Virus record (IMG/VR): IMGVR_UViG_3300047311_000826
Span: 1-64,000 of that record
Reading direction: 5' to 3' (one strand)
Source of the DNA: a virus
Length of the DNA stretch: 64,000 bases
Position numbers and translations under genes: made by a program. Positions 53,430 to 62,270 of this stretch are shown here, piece by piece; positions within the stretch are counted from its first letter, which is position 1; the number at the start of each line of letters is the position of its first letter. The notes below the pieces were generated by a model. The model did no database searches. It was given only the letters and a program-made list of their open reading frames with translations, and was not told the origin of the DNA.

Positions 53430-56400
53430 TCATGCCACCCGTCGCCTGGGCAGCCCGGTCAGGTCCTGGCCGTAGCCGGATTGTAGCGCGCCATAGGTCC
53501 CGGCGCCCGCGCCGATGCCCGTGTTCTGGGGGTTGACCACCGACGGCATCATGTCGGGCGCGCCACCCGTGGGACGTGCCGGTGATAGCGGCGTGGGCGT
53601 CAGCGCCGGAGCTGGTACGCCGGGGGCCCTCAAGGGTTCCGATCCGGCGAGGCCGATGAGTGCCTTCAACCCTTCGCCCGCCGCGTGAGGTATGGACTGA
53701 ACAATCTCACCTTTTTGGTTCTTGATGGCGTAACCCGGCGTGCCGTCCTTGGCGGTGACCGCCTGCAGGCTGAACTGACGCGCGGTCGGACTGCCTGGCC
53801 TCGCACCCGCCGATAATCCGTCGGCGAAATACTTGGCGGCCGGCGCGGCTATACCGGCGCCGCCTTCCGATGGTGTCATGATAAGCTGTTTGAAGATGGA
53901 CCCGGAACGCGCGTATTCCTCGGCGTCCGTCCCCGCCGGTATCTCTCCCGGCGGATAGTAATCCTTCACCATACCGGAGACGTCTTTATCCCGCTCGCCA
54001 CGAGCTTTATCCACCTCTGTCTTGTGCTGCAGCTGTTGTTGTTTCATCGCGATATCCGCGTTGGCTTTGTCTATCGCGGCCTGCGTCCGCAGACCCACGT
54101 TCTCCGCTTTTTGGGTTTCGATCTCAGGCCGCGCGTTCGCCCACCTGGCCTGCGCGTTGTGCAGGTTGATCTCGGCGTTGACCTTCTGATGATCCTGCAA
54201 GACCTTGGTATAGGTCTGCGGATTACGTAGCTCGATCATCTTCTGCGCCAGGACTTCGTGCGTGATATGTAACGGACTGCTGATCGGGTCGCCATGACTG
54301 CCGTCGGCGATTTTATAAGCCCAGATCTCGCCGTTCTTATCCATGCCGGCGCGCGCGTAGGCGCCGTCGGGGAAGAACGCGTATGATTTCAGCACATGGT
54401 TTATGGCGCCCTGCGTGTCGCCCGCCAGCAACGCCTGATCGGCGGCCATGAGATGCGACACCGCGCCCTGGTGGCTGACCTGGGCAACCCACTCCTGCGC
54501 CATGCCCGCCATTTCGGGACGCCCGCTGATGATCAGGTAGTGCTCCATCGCCGACTGCATGCCGCGCCAACGGTCGGTGTCGCCCAGCCCGGCGGGACCG
54601 GACTGCTGCAGCTTCTCCAGCACCCCGTCCGGCCCGGCCGCCGCGTTCGCCGCCACCAGTTCCGGCACGTTGTAGGGTTTATGCTCCGGCGTGCCACCGG
54701 GAACCATGGCCGTGGTGAGCTGCGTGGTGGGGAACATGGTCTTCATGTTCTGCACCTGGTCCGCGCGCTCCACGCTGCTGGCGGCGTAACCGTCCCAACC
54801 CATGCGCGCCACGTCTGGCAGGCGATGCGGCCCAGCCCGATAGGCGAACGCGGCCTGCACCGTGTTGTAACCGAGGCCACCGAAAGTACTGTCGCCCGTC
54901 GCCAGGTATTTATAATATCGCACACCGAGACGCAGGCTGTCGTAATCGTCCAGCGGGTTCAGTTCGTGCCGGGGGTCGATAAGGTCTCGCGTATCGCCTA
55001 TGACCTGCGTTAATCCTTTCGCGTCGGTGACGACGCCATTCTTCCCCGTGCCATGGGTAAGCCCTGACTTCCACTGGCTCTCGCGCTCGATGGTCGCCGC
55101 CATGAACGCGCGGTCGAGGCCCTGGGCACCCTCGGCCTGAATGGCCTTGTCCATCAGGGCCAGCTTGTCGGGATGCGCGTGCTCGGCGCGCCGCAAGGCG
55201 CCGTAATCCACGGGTGGCGCCAGCAAGGGTGGCGTGGCCTGCGACTGCTCGACCGTTCCGCCGGTGCCCGCGACCACGACCGGACCCGGTGGCGGGTGCG
55301 CCGGCGCACCCGCCGTGGGTGGTTGCGCGGGTGTGAGCGCGGTCGGTTGCGCGGTGGCGGGCGCGGCGGGCGCGGCCGGGGGCGGTTGCGATGGTGGCGG
55401 GATCTGCACCGGTGTGTTCGAAGCGGCGGTGCCGACCGGGGCCGGGGGCGCGTATGCCAGGCTGGTGGGTTGCTCCTGACCCGTGGGCTCGGCGGCCTGC
55501 GCGGACCCTATCGGGTTGAGCATCCCCATGAGGCGTCCGCCCAGGGACGGCGGCCCGGCCGCCAGCGGCACGCGCCCGCCCGGCGTTCCAGGAGTACCTC
55601 CCGGCACGGCGGGGTTGCCAGGGTTGAACGGCGCGCCCTGTTGCGGTGGCGGCGTGTAAGGCTGACCCGGTTGCGTGCGGGAGATCGGCGCGTTCGGATC
55701 CTGCATGGTCTGGTAGGGCGGTGGCGGTCCGGAGGGAGACCCCGGCGGACCGGCGACGCCCGCCGCGTTGTAAGGCGTGCCAGACATCTGCGATTGCGCG
55801 GGCGGATAGACCGTAGCACCTATGGGTGCGTTAGTGATCCCGCTCCGACCCGCCCACGCGCTGGGGCTTGTGCCCAGGCCCAGACTGGCACCCACGGGTG
55901 CCGGCGGATACACAGGCGCGCCCGAGGGAGAACCCGGTGCGCCTTGCACACCCGCCGCGTTATAGGGCGAACCCGACATCTGCGTCGGCGGCTGCGACAT
56001 AACGCCGACAGCGGGACCCGAGGGAGAACCTGGCTTACCCGGCACACCCGCCGCGTTATAGGGCGAGCCCGACATCTGTGATTGCGGCCGGGGAAGTCCC
56101 GTCGATACGTCGTAGCCACCGTAAGGCAGCGTGCCGTTATCCGTCCTGAATGTTCCGTTCGGCCGGTTCAGCGTCGCGTCCGAAGGATAAACCGATGGTG
56201 GTCGCGCACCTCCCGTGGTCGTAGGCGTCAGCCCCGGCTCGACATCGCCCGGTCCCGGCTCGCCACCCGTCGGTCCGCTCTCGGTGGGTTTGGCGCTGAC
56301 CGGCCCGGCCGGTAACGTGGTTTGCGCCGGCGCTCCCGGACCGCCCGGGGGTGCCGGGGTTTGCTGCGCGCCAGGGAAACCCTGCTGGCCGGGTACCTCG

Positions 56401-56579
56401 CTCACCCCGGCCTGTTGCTTCTCCAGCGCTTCCTGTTTCGCCCGATCTTCTTCGCGTTTCCTGTCGATCTCGTCGAGCGCGACCTGGCGCCGAACGCCCT
56501 GGTAGGAGTCGTACAGGTTGAAGATACTCTGCGCGCCCTTGAACAGCCCATCCGAGAACGAACCCAGTGGAAACGCCAT
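53430..56579 (-). CDS. internal virion or ejection protein with a lytic transglycosylase (SLT) domain
   Basis: 1049 aa. AATIERESQWKSG...AKGLTQVIGDT...LGVRYYKYL gives the catalytic Glu-Ser, GLTQ and Tyr motifs (about 54780-55190). The N-terminal half is Pro-rich. Confidence 0.75.
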   Translation of the reverse strand: MAFPLGSFSDGLFKGAQSIFNLYDSYQGVRRQVALDEIDRKREEDRAKQEALEKQQAGVSEVPGQQGFPGAQQTPAPPGGPGAPAQTTLPAGPVSAKPTESGPTGGEPGPGDVEPGLTPTTTGGARPPSVYPSDATLNRPNGTFRTDNGTLPYGGYDVSTGLPRPQSQMSGSPYNAAGVPGKPGSPSGPAVGVMSQPPTQMSGSPYNAAGVQGAPGSPSGAPVYPPAPVGASLGLGTSPSAWAGRSGITNAPIGATVYPPAQSQMSGTPYNAAGVAGPPGSPSGPPPPYQTMQDPNAPISRTQPGQPYTPPPQQGAPFNPGNPAVPGGTPGTPGGRVPLAAGPPSLGGRLMGMLNPIGSAQAAEPTGQEQPTSLAYAPPAPVGTAASNTPVQIPPPSQPPPAAPAAPATAQPTALTPAQPPTAGAPAHPPPGPVVVAGTGGTVEQSQATPPLLAPPVDYGALRRAEHAHPDKLALMDKAIQAEGAQGLDRAFMAATIERESQWKSGLTHGTGKNGVVTDAKGLTQVIGDTRDLIDPRHELNPLDDYDSLRLGVRYYKYLATGDSTFGGLGYNTVQAAFAYRAGPHRLPDVARMGWDGYAASSVERADQVQNMKTMFPTTQLTTAMVPGGTPEHKPYNVPELVAANAAAGPDGVLEKLQQSGPAGLGDTDRWRGMQSAMEHYLIISGRPEMAGMAQEWVAQVSHQGAVSHLMAADQALLAGDTQGAINHVLKSYAFFPDGAYARAGMDKNGEIWAYKIADGSHGDPISSPLHITHEVLAQKMIELRNPQTYTKVLQDHQKVNAEINLHNAQARWANARPEIETQKAENVGLRTQAAIDKANADIAMKQQQLQHKTEVDKARGERDKDVSGMVKDYYPPGEIPAGTDAEEYARSGSIFKQLIMTPSEGGAGIAAPAAKYFADGLSAGARPGSPTARQFSLQAVTAKDGTPGYAIKNQKGEIVQSIPHAAGEGLKALIGLAGSEPLRAPGVPAPALTPTPLSPARPTGGAPDMMPSVVNPQNTGIGAGAGTYGALQSGYGQDLTGLPRRRVA
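55710..56084 (-). repeat. three copies of the peptide repeat QMSG(S/T)PYNAAGV.G.PGSPSG in the SLT protein
   Basis: The copies start at about aa 166, 198 and 262 of the 1049-aa protein. Read directly from the translation. Confidence 0.85.
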
Positions 56580-56581
56580 GG

Positions 56582-57319
56582 TCAGGTTACCCCCGCTTCA
56601 CGCCGGAGCCGGGCCAGGGAGGGCGCGATGGCGTCGATGATGACCTGCAACCGCGCGTCGTACTCGGCCCATATCTCCGGATGGTATTCTTTGAGATAGC
56701 CGGCGCGCCCCTCGCTCCACCACGCCGAACACCGCGCGCAATCGGGCGAGCCGGTCATGTGATCGTAAAGCCTGGGCAACGGCACGTTCTCGGAGCGTAA
56801 GTAATCCAGCACTTCCTGGTGCGTCCAGTCCAGCACCGGCAACCATAGCTCCATGCCGTCCGCGACCGCGCCCGACATGACAGGCAGGCGGGGCATGTCG
56901 GCGCGCTTGCTGCCGCGTATGATCAGCGTGATCCCGTCGGCGCGCATGCGCTCAAGCAGCGGCAGCATCAGGTTGGCGTAGCAGCAGTCGTATCGCGAAG
57001 AGAGCGCGCTTTTTGCCTCGCCCATGAGTCGGCCGACAGGATGATGCGAGTAAGGCATGAGGTCCGTTGGCAATCCGTTTGCCGCGATCCATCCTGTAAC
57101 GTTCGTTTCGATGCGAACGAACCGAGGGGCGAATGCTTCAACAAGCGATACGTTTTCTCGCATCTCGGGCAGAAGGTCGCCCGTGTCGAGGTGGTAAATG
57201 GTGATCTCATGGAGACAGTTCCTGAGGAGTTGGATGCACGCACGGCTGTCCTTGCCTCCCGAATAAGAGAGCCCGACCTTCTCGTGCCGGTCCAGCGGCG
57301 AGTAGTCCATCAACCTCAT
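56582..57319 (-). CDS. PAPS-reductase-family PP-loop ATP pyrophosphatase
   Basis: The start MRLMDYSPL makes an ATGA overlap with the upstream stop. The PP-loop is LSYSGGKDS. HLDTGDLLPE, and VLDWTHQEVLDYLRSENVPLPRLYDHMTGSPDCARCSAWW matches the PF01507-type C-terminal pattern (W...v..Yl....lp.n.LY..G..s.GC..C). Confidence 0.75.
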   Translation of the reverse strand: MRLMDYSPLDRHEKVGLSYSGGKDSRACIQLLRNCLHEITIYHLDTGDLLPEMRENVSLVEAFAPRFVRIETNVTGWIAANGLPTDLMPYSHHPVGRLMGEAKSALSSRYDCCYANLMLPLLERMRADGITLIIRGSKRADMPRLPVMSGAVADGMELWLPVLDWTHQEVLDYLRSENVPLPRLYDHMTGSPDCARCSAWWSEGRAGYLKEYHPEIWAEYDARLQVIIDAIAPSLARLRREAGVT

Positions 57320-57978
57320 CTGCGCCGCGCCCACCAGATGATCGGGCGCACCCCCGAGAAGATCCGGTCATGCAGATCCGGATCGATGAACATGGAGCGG
57401 AACACCTCGTTGCTGCCCTGGGGCAGCAGGAATGCTTCGAGGTCCCACCCGGCGACGCGGTTGACCACGCGCAAACTGTCGAACGGGATGAAGCGCGCGC
57501 CCAGATGTTGTAACGATAGCGCATCATCCTCGGCGCCGAAGCGGGCGCAGTCGAACACGAACAGCTTACCGCCCGGCCGCACCACCCGCCACGCCTCGCG
57601 CAGCGCGTGCACGAACCCGTCCGACTGGCACAGGGAATACAGGAACATGGCGCCGTCGAACGACGCCTCGTCGAACGGCAGCTCGTGCATGTCGCAACAG
57701 AACGTCGCCACGTCCGGCGGCGCCTGCGACAACTGGAACGAATTGTTGTTGACCAGCCAGAACCTCAGGTCGGGACGTAACTCCCGTAGTAAACGGACCG
57801 GCTCGCCGAACCCGCACCCGATGTCCACCCAGGTCGAGTCCTGGTCGGGCGCCATGTGCCCCAGCAGGATCGCCATGTGCTCGCGGTCGTCCTTGTCCAG
57901 CCGGCATCCCTGCAGCACGCGGATGCCCCTGGCGAGCGCGCCGCGCGACGCCTCGGTGAGTTTGTCCTGGTCGATCAT
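57316..57978 (-). CDS. class I SAM-dependent methyltransferase
   Basis: The start MIDQDK makes an ATGA overlap with the upstream stop at 57975. Motif I is WVDIGCGFG, post-I is LVNNN, and VVRPGGKLFVFD follows. No DPPY/NPPY-type DNA methyltransferase motif is seen. Confidence 0.7.
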   Translation of the reverse strand: MIDQDKLTEASRGALARGIRVLQGCRLDKDDREHMAILLGHMAPDQDSTWVDIGCGFGEPVRLLRELRPDLRFWLVNNNSFQLSQAPPDVATFCCDMHELPFDEASFDGAMFLYSLCQSDGFVHALREAWRVVRPGGKLFVFDCARFGAEDDALSLQHLGARFIPFDSLRVVNRVAGWDLEAFLLPQGSNEVFRSMFIDPDLHDRIFSGVRPIIWWARRR

Positions 57979-58844
57979 GTCGCGATGGCGATGGCGGCGA
58001 CACCGGCGGCGGCGCCCGCCAGCCCGCCCACGCCGGAGGCCTGGTTCTGCGCGATGGCGGTGTTGGCGTTGAACCCGGCCATGGAGTTCTGGAAGTTGGT
58101 GTTCATGATGTTGGCCGCGTTCATGTTGGAGGTGTTGCTCAGCCCCTGCCACTGCGTCGGCGTGCCCATCAGGTTGCCGTACGTCGACGATGTGTTCAGC
58201 CCGGCGTTGATCCCGGCGCCCCCCTGGCTGGCGGCACCCTGCCCGGCGCCCTCGGCGGTGCTGTAGGACTGCGCCACCTGACCAGGGTAGCCACGGCCGA
58301 TGTTGATCGCCTCGCCCTGCAGGGCCAGCCCGGTGGCTTCCGTCTGGTTGCGCGCCTGGGTCCCGGCGCCGGCCTGGGCGGCGGCCTGCTGGATGCGGGC
58401 GCCCAGGTCGAGCGCGCCGTAGCGGGCCTGGCTGGGGTCGATGTTGAACCCCTCCAGGGTCTGCAGCGCGGCGTTGCGCTGACCCGAGAAGGCGTTGGCC
58501 ACGTCGGCCTGCGCCGCCGCCGAGCGCTGGTCCGCCCGTCCCGGCGTGTTGTAGTCCTGAGCCTGTTTGGCGAACGCGCCTTCCATGGGCCGGTAGGTTT
58601 TCTCGTAGTATTGCTGCGCGGTTTGCGCGTTGGCCATGTTCTGGCGTTGCGCGTCCATCGACAGGTTCGACGCGTCCATCATGTTCTGCATGAACGCCTG
58701 GGTCCGGGGCGCCTCCTCGGCGTATTGCTGCTTGGCCCAGTCCAGCTGGTCTTTCGATGTCTGCGCGCCGATCTTCGCCGCCTCCAGCGAGGATGCCGAC
58801 ACCGCCGAATAGTCCGGTGGAGCGGGCGCCCGGCCCTTACTCAT
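57975..58844 (-). CDS. internal virion protein candidate (289 aa), Gln/Ala/Asn-rich with a hydrophobic C-terminus
   Basis: ORF track. The composition and the C-terminal GVGGLAGAAAGVAAIAIAT are typical of podovirus ejection proteins. The call is positional. Confidence 0.5.
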   Translation of the reverse strand: MSKGRAPAPPDYSAVSASSLEAAKIGAQTSKDQLDWAKQQYAEEAPRTQAFMQNMMDASNLSMDAQRQNMANAQTAQQYYEKTYRPMEGAFAKQAQDYNTPGRADQRSAAAQADVANAFSGQRNAALQTLEGFNIDPSQARYGALDLGARIQQAAAQAGAGTQARNQTEATGLALQGEAINIGRGYPGQVAQSYSTAEGAGQGAASQGGAGINAGLNTSSTYGNLMGTPTQWQGLSNTSNMNAANIMNTNFQNSMAGFNANTAIAQNQASGVGGLAGAAAGVAAIAIAT

Positions 58845-59305
58845 GACACGTTCTCCGGCAGGAGGTTACTACGGTAGTGACGCGGCCTTAGATTGAGATA
58901 TCTGCACTGATCCCTGGTCATCTCCATGATCACCAGGTCCGACCCGTCGGGATAGACGTCGTCGATGACGGCGGCCACGGTCCAGCCAAGATGCTTGTTG
59001 ACGCGCAGCGCGACATGGTTGGTCGACTTCACCAGCCCCATGGCCTTGCGGCAGTTCAGTTGCGCGAACGCGTAATGGAAGATCATCCAGAGGAAGTCGC
59101 GCGTCACCCAGTTATCCTTCGACCCCGCCGAGTGCATCATGAGCGAGGAACCCAGATATCCCGTGAACACGACACCGCCCACGGTCTTCCCGTCGCGGTG
59201 CATGGCCACCACGTGGTCGGTCTTCTCGTTGAACACGCCCTCGATGCGTCCCATGACCCAGTCGCCGTCGCCGGGATGGTTGATGCGGATCTCGCGCTGG
59301 CTCAT
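58841..59305 (-). CDS. putative GNAT-family acetyltransferase (154 aa)
   Basis: ORF track. The layout ...VGGVVFTGY...HSAG...FHYAFAQLNCRKAMGLVKSTNHVALRVNKHLGWTVAAV... resembles a GNAT core. The similarity is judged by eye only. Confidence 0.4.
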   Translation of the reverse strand: MSQREIRINHPGDGDWVMGRIEGVFNEKTDHVVAMHRDGKTVGGVVFTGYLGSSLMMHSAGSKDNWVTRDFLWMIFHYAFAQLNCRKAMGLVKSTNHVALRVNKHLGWTVAAVIDDVYPDGSDLVIMEMTRDQCRYLNLRPRHYRSNLLPENVS

Positions 59306-59526
59306 TTCAGTTTCGCCCCGATATCGCCCTCGGTCACCAGGCCAAGCCTGACCAGGTCGTTCAATGTGACCGCGCGGTCCAGCGGATTACCGCGATGGCC
59401 GCCCAGCGACTCGACACCCTGGCGTAGCTGACTCGCCACCGTCACCAACGATTGCAGGTCGCTGATCGGCTGGCTGATCGAAGGCACGTTGAAGTTCCGG
59501 GAAACCTGGTTTGGGTTGAGCGCCAT
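59302..59526 (-). CDS. hypothetical small virion-module protein (74 aa)
   Basis: The start at MALNPNQVS overlaps the upstream stop by 1 nt (TGATG). It is the in-frame part of track ORF 59302-59664. Confidence 0.45.
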   Translation of the reverse strand: MALNPNQVSRNFNVPSISQPISDLQSLVTVASQLRQGVESLGGHRGNPLDRAVTLNDLVRLGLVTEGDIGAKLK

Positions 59527-61817
59527 CACACGGTCTTCAGTTCGCGCATCGTCGACGCGAGTTCGACGCTGTGGATCGAACATCTGGCGATGATCTCGAA
59601 CTGCCAGTTGAACGCCTTGCGCCCCGACGGGAAGCGGAAGATGCAGCGTGTCTGTTGCAGCCACTCCTCGTGGATCAGGTCCTGCGATGGACCGGCGTAA
59701 AGCCGGAACCGCGCGTTGACGCCGGGCGGCAAGGTCAGGTTCTCCATCGGCGTGTCGGGCGGCGGGACGACATCCGTCGGCGCCGGATCAAGCACCTCCG
59801 GATCGAGCGATACCTGGCAGGCGCCCAGCGACACCGGACTGGCGAAGTAGAACTCGCGCGACCGCCAGCGGTAGATCAGCGGCGGCGTGTCCATGCTGTC
59901 CCATTTGTACACGACCTCGTTGGCCATGATGTAGGCGTCGCCCGTGTAGACATCGTTCCAGATGCTGACCACGTCGACGAACGGCGACACCGAGCATATC
60001 CCCAGGCGTTCCTCGGTGTAGTCGATGAGGAAGCCCATGCCGGTGCCGTTGATCGCGAGGTATTGCGCGCGGTGGCGGCAGGCGACGAGGTTATCCCCGT
60101 GGAACCGCTTGATCCAGATCTCGCGCGTGAGGTTGCTGAGCGTCTGGTTCTGCGCGCCGTAGTAATTCAGCGCCACCAGACCATTGGGCGAGGAATAATA
60201 GACCCCCGCGAGGTCGGTCACCACCGAGCCGCGCGAGATGCATGGCTCCGGCGTCTGGATCTGCGCGAAGATGTACTGCGCCGGGGAATTGCCCGTGCCG
60301 GTGCTGGGGAACCCCGAGGTCAGCACGACCAGGGACTGCTGCCATAGCGCCAGCGCCACGATGGGATAATGCAGGCTCTGGTCGTAGCCCGCCGGCCACG
60401 CGTTGGGCCGGTTGGGTTCACAGAAGTGGATGGTGTTGCCGGTGAAGCCCACCAGCATGCCACCGGGGATCGAGATCAGCCCGTCCAGGTCTTCCACGGG
60501 CGGCGCGAAACTCACCGATGCCAGTATGTTGTTCTGCACCACCGTCGTGTTGGGGATGGTATCGTTGTAGACCGTGATGCCGATGGCCAGGTCGACCACG
60601 AAATAGAACGTGGCGCCGCCGGAGACCCCGGCAACGGTACGATACAGCCTGGTCGTGACGATGGGTGGGTAATTCTTGCCCGACGGCGTGGGCGGCGCCG
60701 AAGCGGGCAGGTTGGCCACGTGCCATACCGCGTCCGTGGCACCCGACTTCACGATGGAAGGCGCGGACGGCGAGCTCTCGGTGCCCAGCGAGTCGACGAA
60801 CGTATAACAGTAGGACCGGTCCTCCAGTGGCGCGTCGCCGCTGGGATCGTAATGCACGTCGAACGTGAGGCCCGAGCCCGTCCCGGAAATCAGCGTGGGC
60901 GTGATCGGATTGGCCGGCGTGGTGGTGTAGTGCGTGTCGGGCCCTATCGGCATCAGGTCCCTGGCGCCCATGTCGAACCTCACGGCCGCGCCGGTAGGCC
61001 CGACCGCTCCCGGTCCCGCGTCGATCAGGCGGACCGGCTCGTTCGCCGGGTTGACGGGATTGGTGTTGTAAGTGCCGGGTAACGGCACGTCGACCACCGA
61101 CACCAGGGCGCCGCCGACGACCTGCAGGTGCACCTCGATCTGCGCCCCCTCACCCGTGGTGCCCTGGAACAACGCCGACGCGGCGTCCGTGCCCCCGGTG
61201 CCGGCACTGGCGATGCCGACGTTCACCGCCTGCGTGGTGTTCAGCAGGAACCGCTGCGGCAGGTGGCCGAACGCAAGCACGCCACCAGGGACTTCCAGCA
61301 CGGTGTTCTGCGTGTAGTTGGCGCCTGGGGTCACGACGGTGGCGCCATTCGGGACGAGCGCCGGGATGCCGCCGCCAATGGGTGACACGACGGGCGCCGC
61401 CGCGTCCGACGGATCGACGGGGATGAACCCCAGGCTGTAGTGTGGGTCGCCATTTTTAATACGGTCGTAAGTATTCCACCAGGCGCCCGCGTCGGGCACG
61501 CCGGGCGGGTTGGTCCAGAACACCCGGTGCAGCGTGTCGTTGGCCAGAGGCGAGACGCAGACGCAGGAGAACTCGCTCGGCAAGGGCAGCCATTCCTCGG
61601 GGTCCCCAGGCTTGGGACCCGGCACGCGATAGGCCTTGCGTACCTCCCAGGTCGCCTTGCCGGACAGGTCGATGACCGGCTCGGGCTGCGGCAACCCGTT
61701 CAAGGGCCCGTGCGCCAGGTCGGTGTTGGTGGCGCGCGAAGCCATGTTGTCGGGCAGGAGCCTGGGCTCCCGCCTGGGTATCTCACCTCCGAAATCCTTG
61801 ACCGCGAACGCGACCAT
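59526..61817 (-). CDS. large tail protein (763 aa), possibly tail tubular B / nozzle-like
   Basis: ORF track. The call rests on size and on its position upstream of the ejection proteins (T7 gp12-like synteny). No diagnostic motif. Confidence 0.4.
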   Translation of the reverse strand: MVAFAVKDFGGEIPRREPRLLPDNMASRATNTDLAHGPLNGLPQPEPVIDLSGKATWEVRKAYRVPGPKPGDPEEWLPLPSEFSCVCVSPLANDTLHRVFWTNPPGVPDAGAWWNTYDRIKNGDPHYSLGFIPVDPSDAAAPVVSPIGGGIPALVPNGATVVTPGANYTQNTVLEVPGGVLAFGHLPQRFLLNTTQAVNVGIASAGTGGTDAASALFQGTTGEGAQIEVHLQVVGGALVSVVDVPLPGTYNTNPVNPANEPVRLIDAGPGAVGPTGAAVRFDMGARDLMPIGPDTHYTTTPANPITPTLISGTGSGLTFDVHYDPSGDAPLEDRSYCYTFVDSLGTESSPSAPSIVKSGATDAVWHVANLPASAPPTPSGKNYPPIVTTRLYRTVAGVSGGATFYFVVDLAIGITVYNDTIPNTTVVQNNILASVSFAPPVEDLDGLISIPGGMLVGFTGNTIHFCEPNRPNAWPAGYDQSLHYPIVALALWQQSLVVLTSGFPSTGTGNSPAQYIFAQIQTPEPCISRGSVVTDLAGVYYSSPNGLVALNYYGAQNQTLSNLTREIWIKRFHGDNLVACRHRAQYLAINGTGMGFLIDYTEERLGICSVSPFVDVVSIWNDVYTGDAYIMANEVVYKWDSMDTPPLIYRWRSREFYFASPVSLGACQVSLDPEVLDPAPTDVVPPPDTPMENLTLPPGVNARFRLYAGPSQDLIHEEWLQQTRCIFRFPSGRKAFNWQFEIIARCSIHSVELASTMRELKTV

Positions 61818-62270
61818 CTACTTTCGCCTGCTCCCATCCCTGGCGCCACGCGCCGCCGTCGGCACCTCGTCACCCAGCCAGATCCCAAGCACGGCGGCGC
61901 TGTCCACGGCATCCGAGTCCTGCATACCATACTGGTCGGGACGGAACCCGCGCGCCGTCTGCCCGGAACGGATATGCACGTAATAGAGCGCGGGATCACC
62001 ACGCGCGGGCACCTGTACCACGTCACCATTCGGATCGGTGTAGCTCGTCGCGGCACTCCCCGGTCGACCGTACCAGACATCGGGTGGTGGCACGGATGGA
62101 TCGAGGTTGGTGTCACGGATGACGATGTCACCGCTCGCATCACGTGGATCGCCGAGCGCGTTCCGCGCGGAACCGGGTGCATCGCGTTCAAGTTCTTCGC
62201 GTAACGCGAACACGCCCGCGACCCCACTGACGAGCGCGGTCACGGGGAACGTCATACGATAGTCGTTCAT
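61818..62270 (-). CDS. hypothetical tail-module protein (150 aa)
   Basis: ORF track. It abuts the 763-aa gene. Confidence 0.45.
   Translation of the reverse strand: MNDYRMTFPVTALVSGVAGVFALREELERDAPGSARNALGDPRDASGDIVIRDTNLDPSVPPPDVWYGRPGSAATSYTDPNGDVVQVPARGDPALYYVHIRSGQTARGFRPDQYGMQDSDAVDSAAVLGIWLGDEVPTAARGARDGSRRK

Noticed and set aside
56582-57319. The PP-loop protein as QueC (7-deazaguanine pathway).
   Set aside because: The SGGKDS loop and the C-terminal W..EV..Y.....P...LY......C..C pattern fit the PAPS-reductase/DndC-like family better than QueC. No FolE, QueD, QueE or DpdA-like genes were seen.
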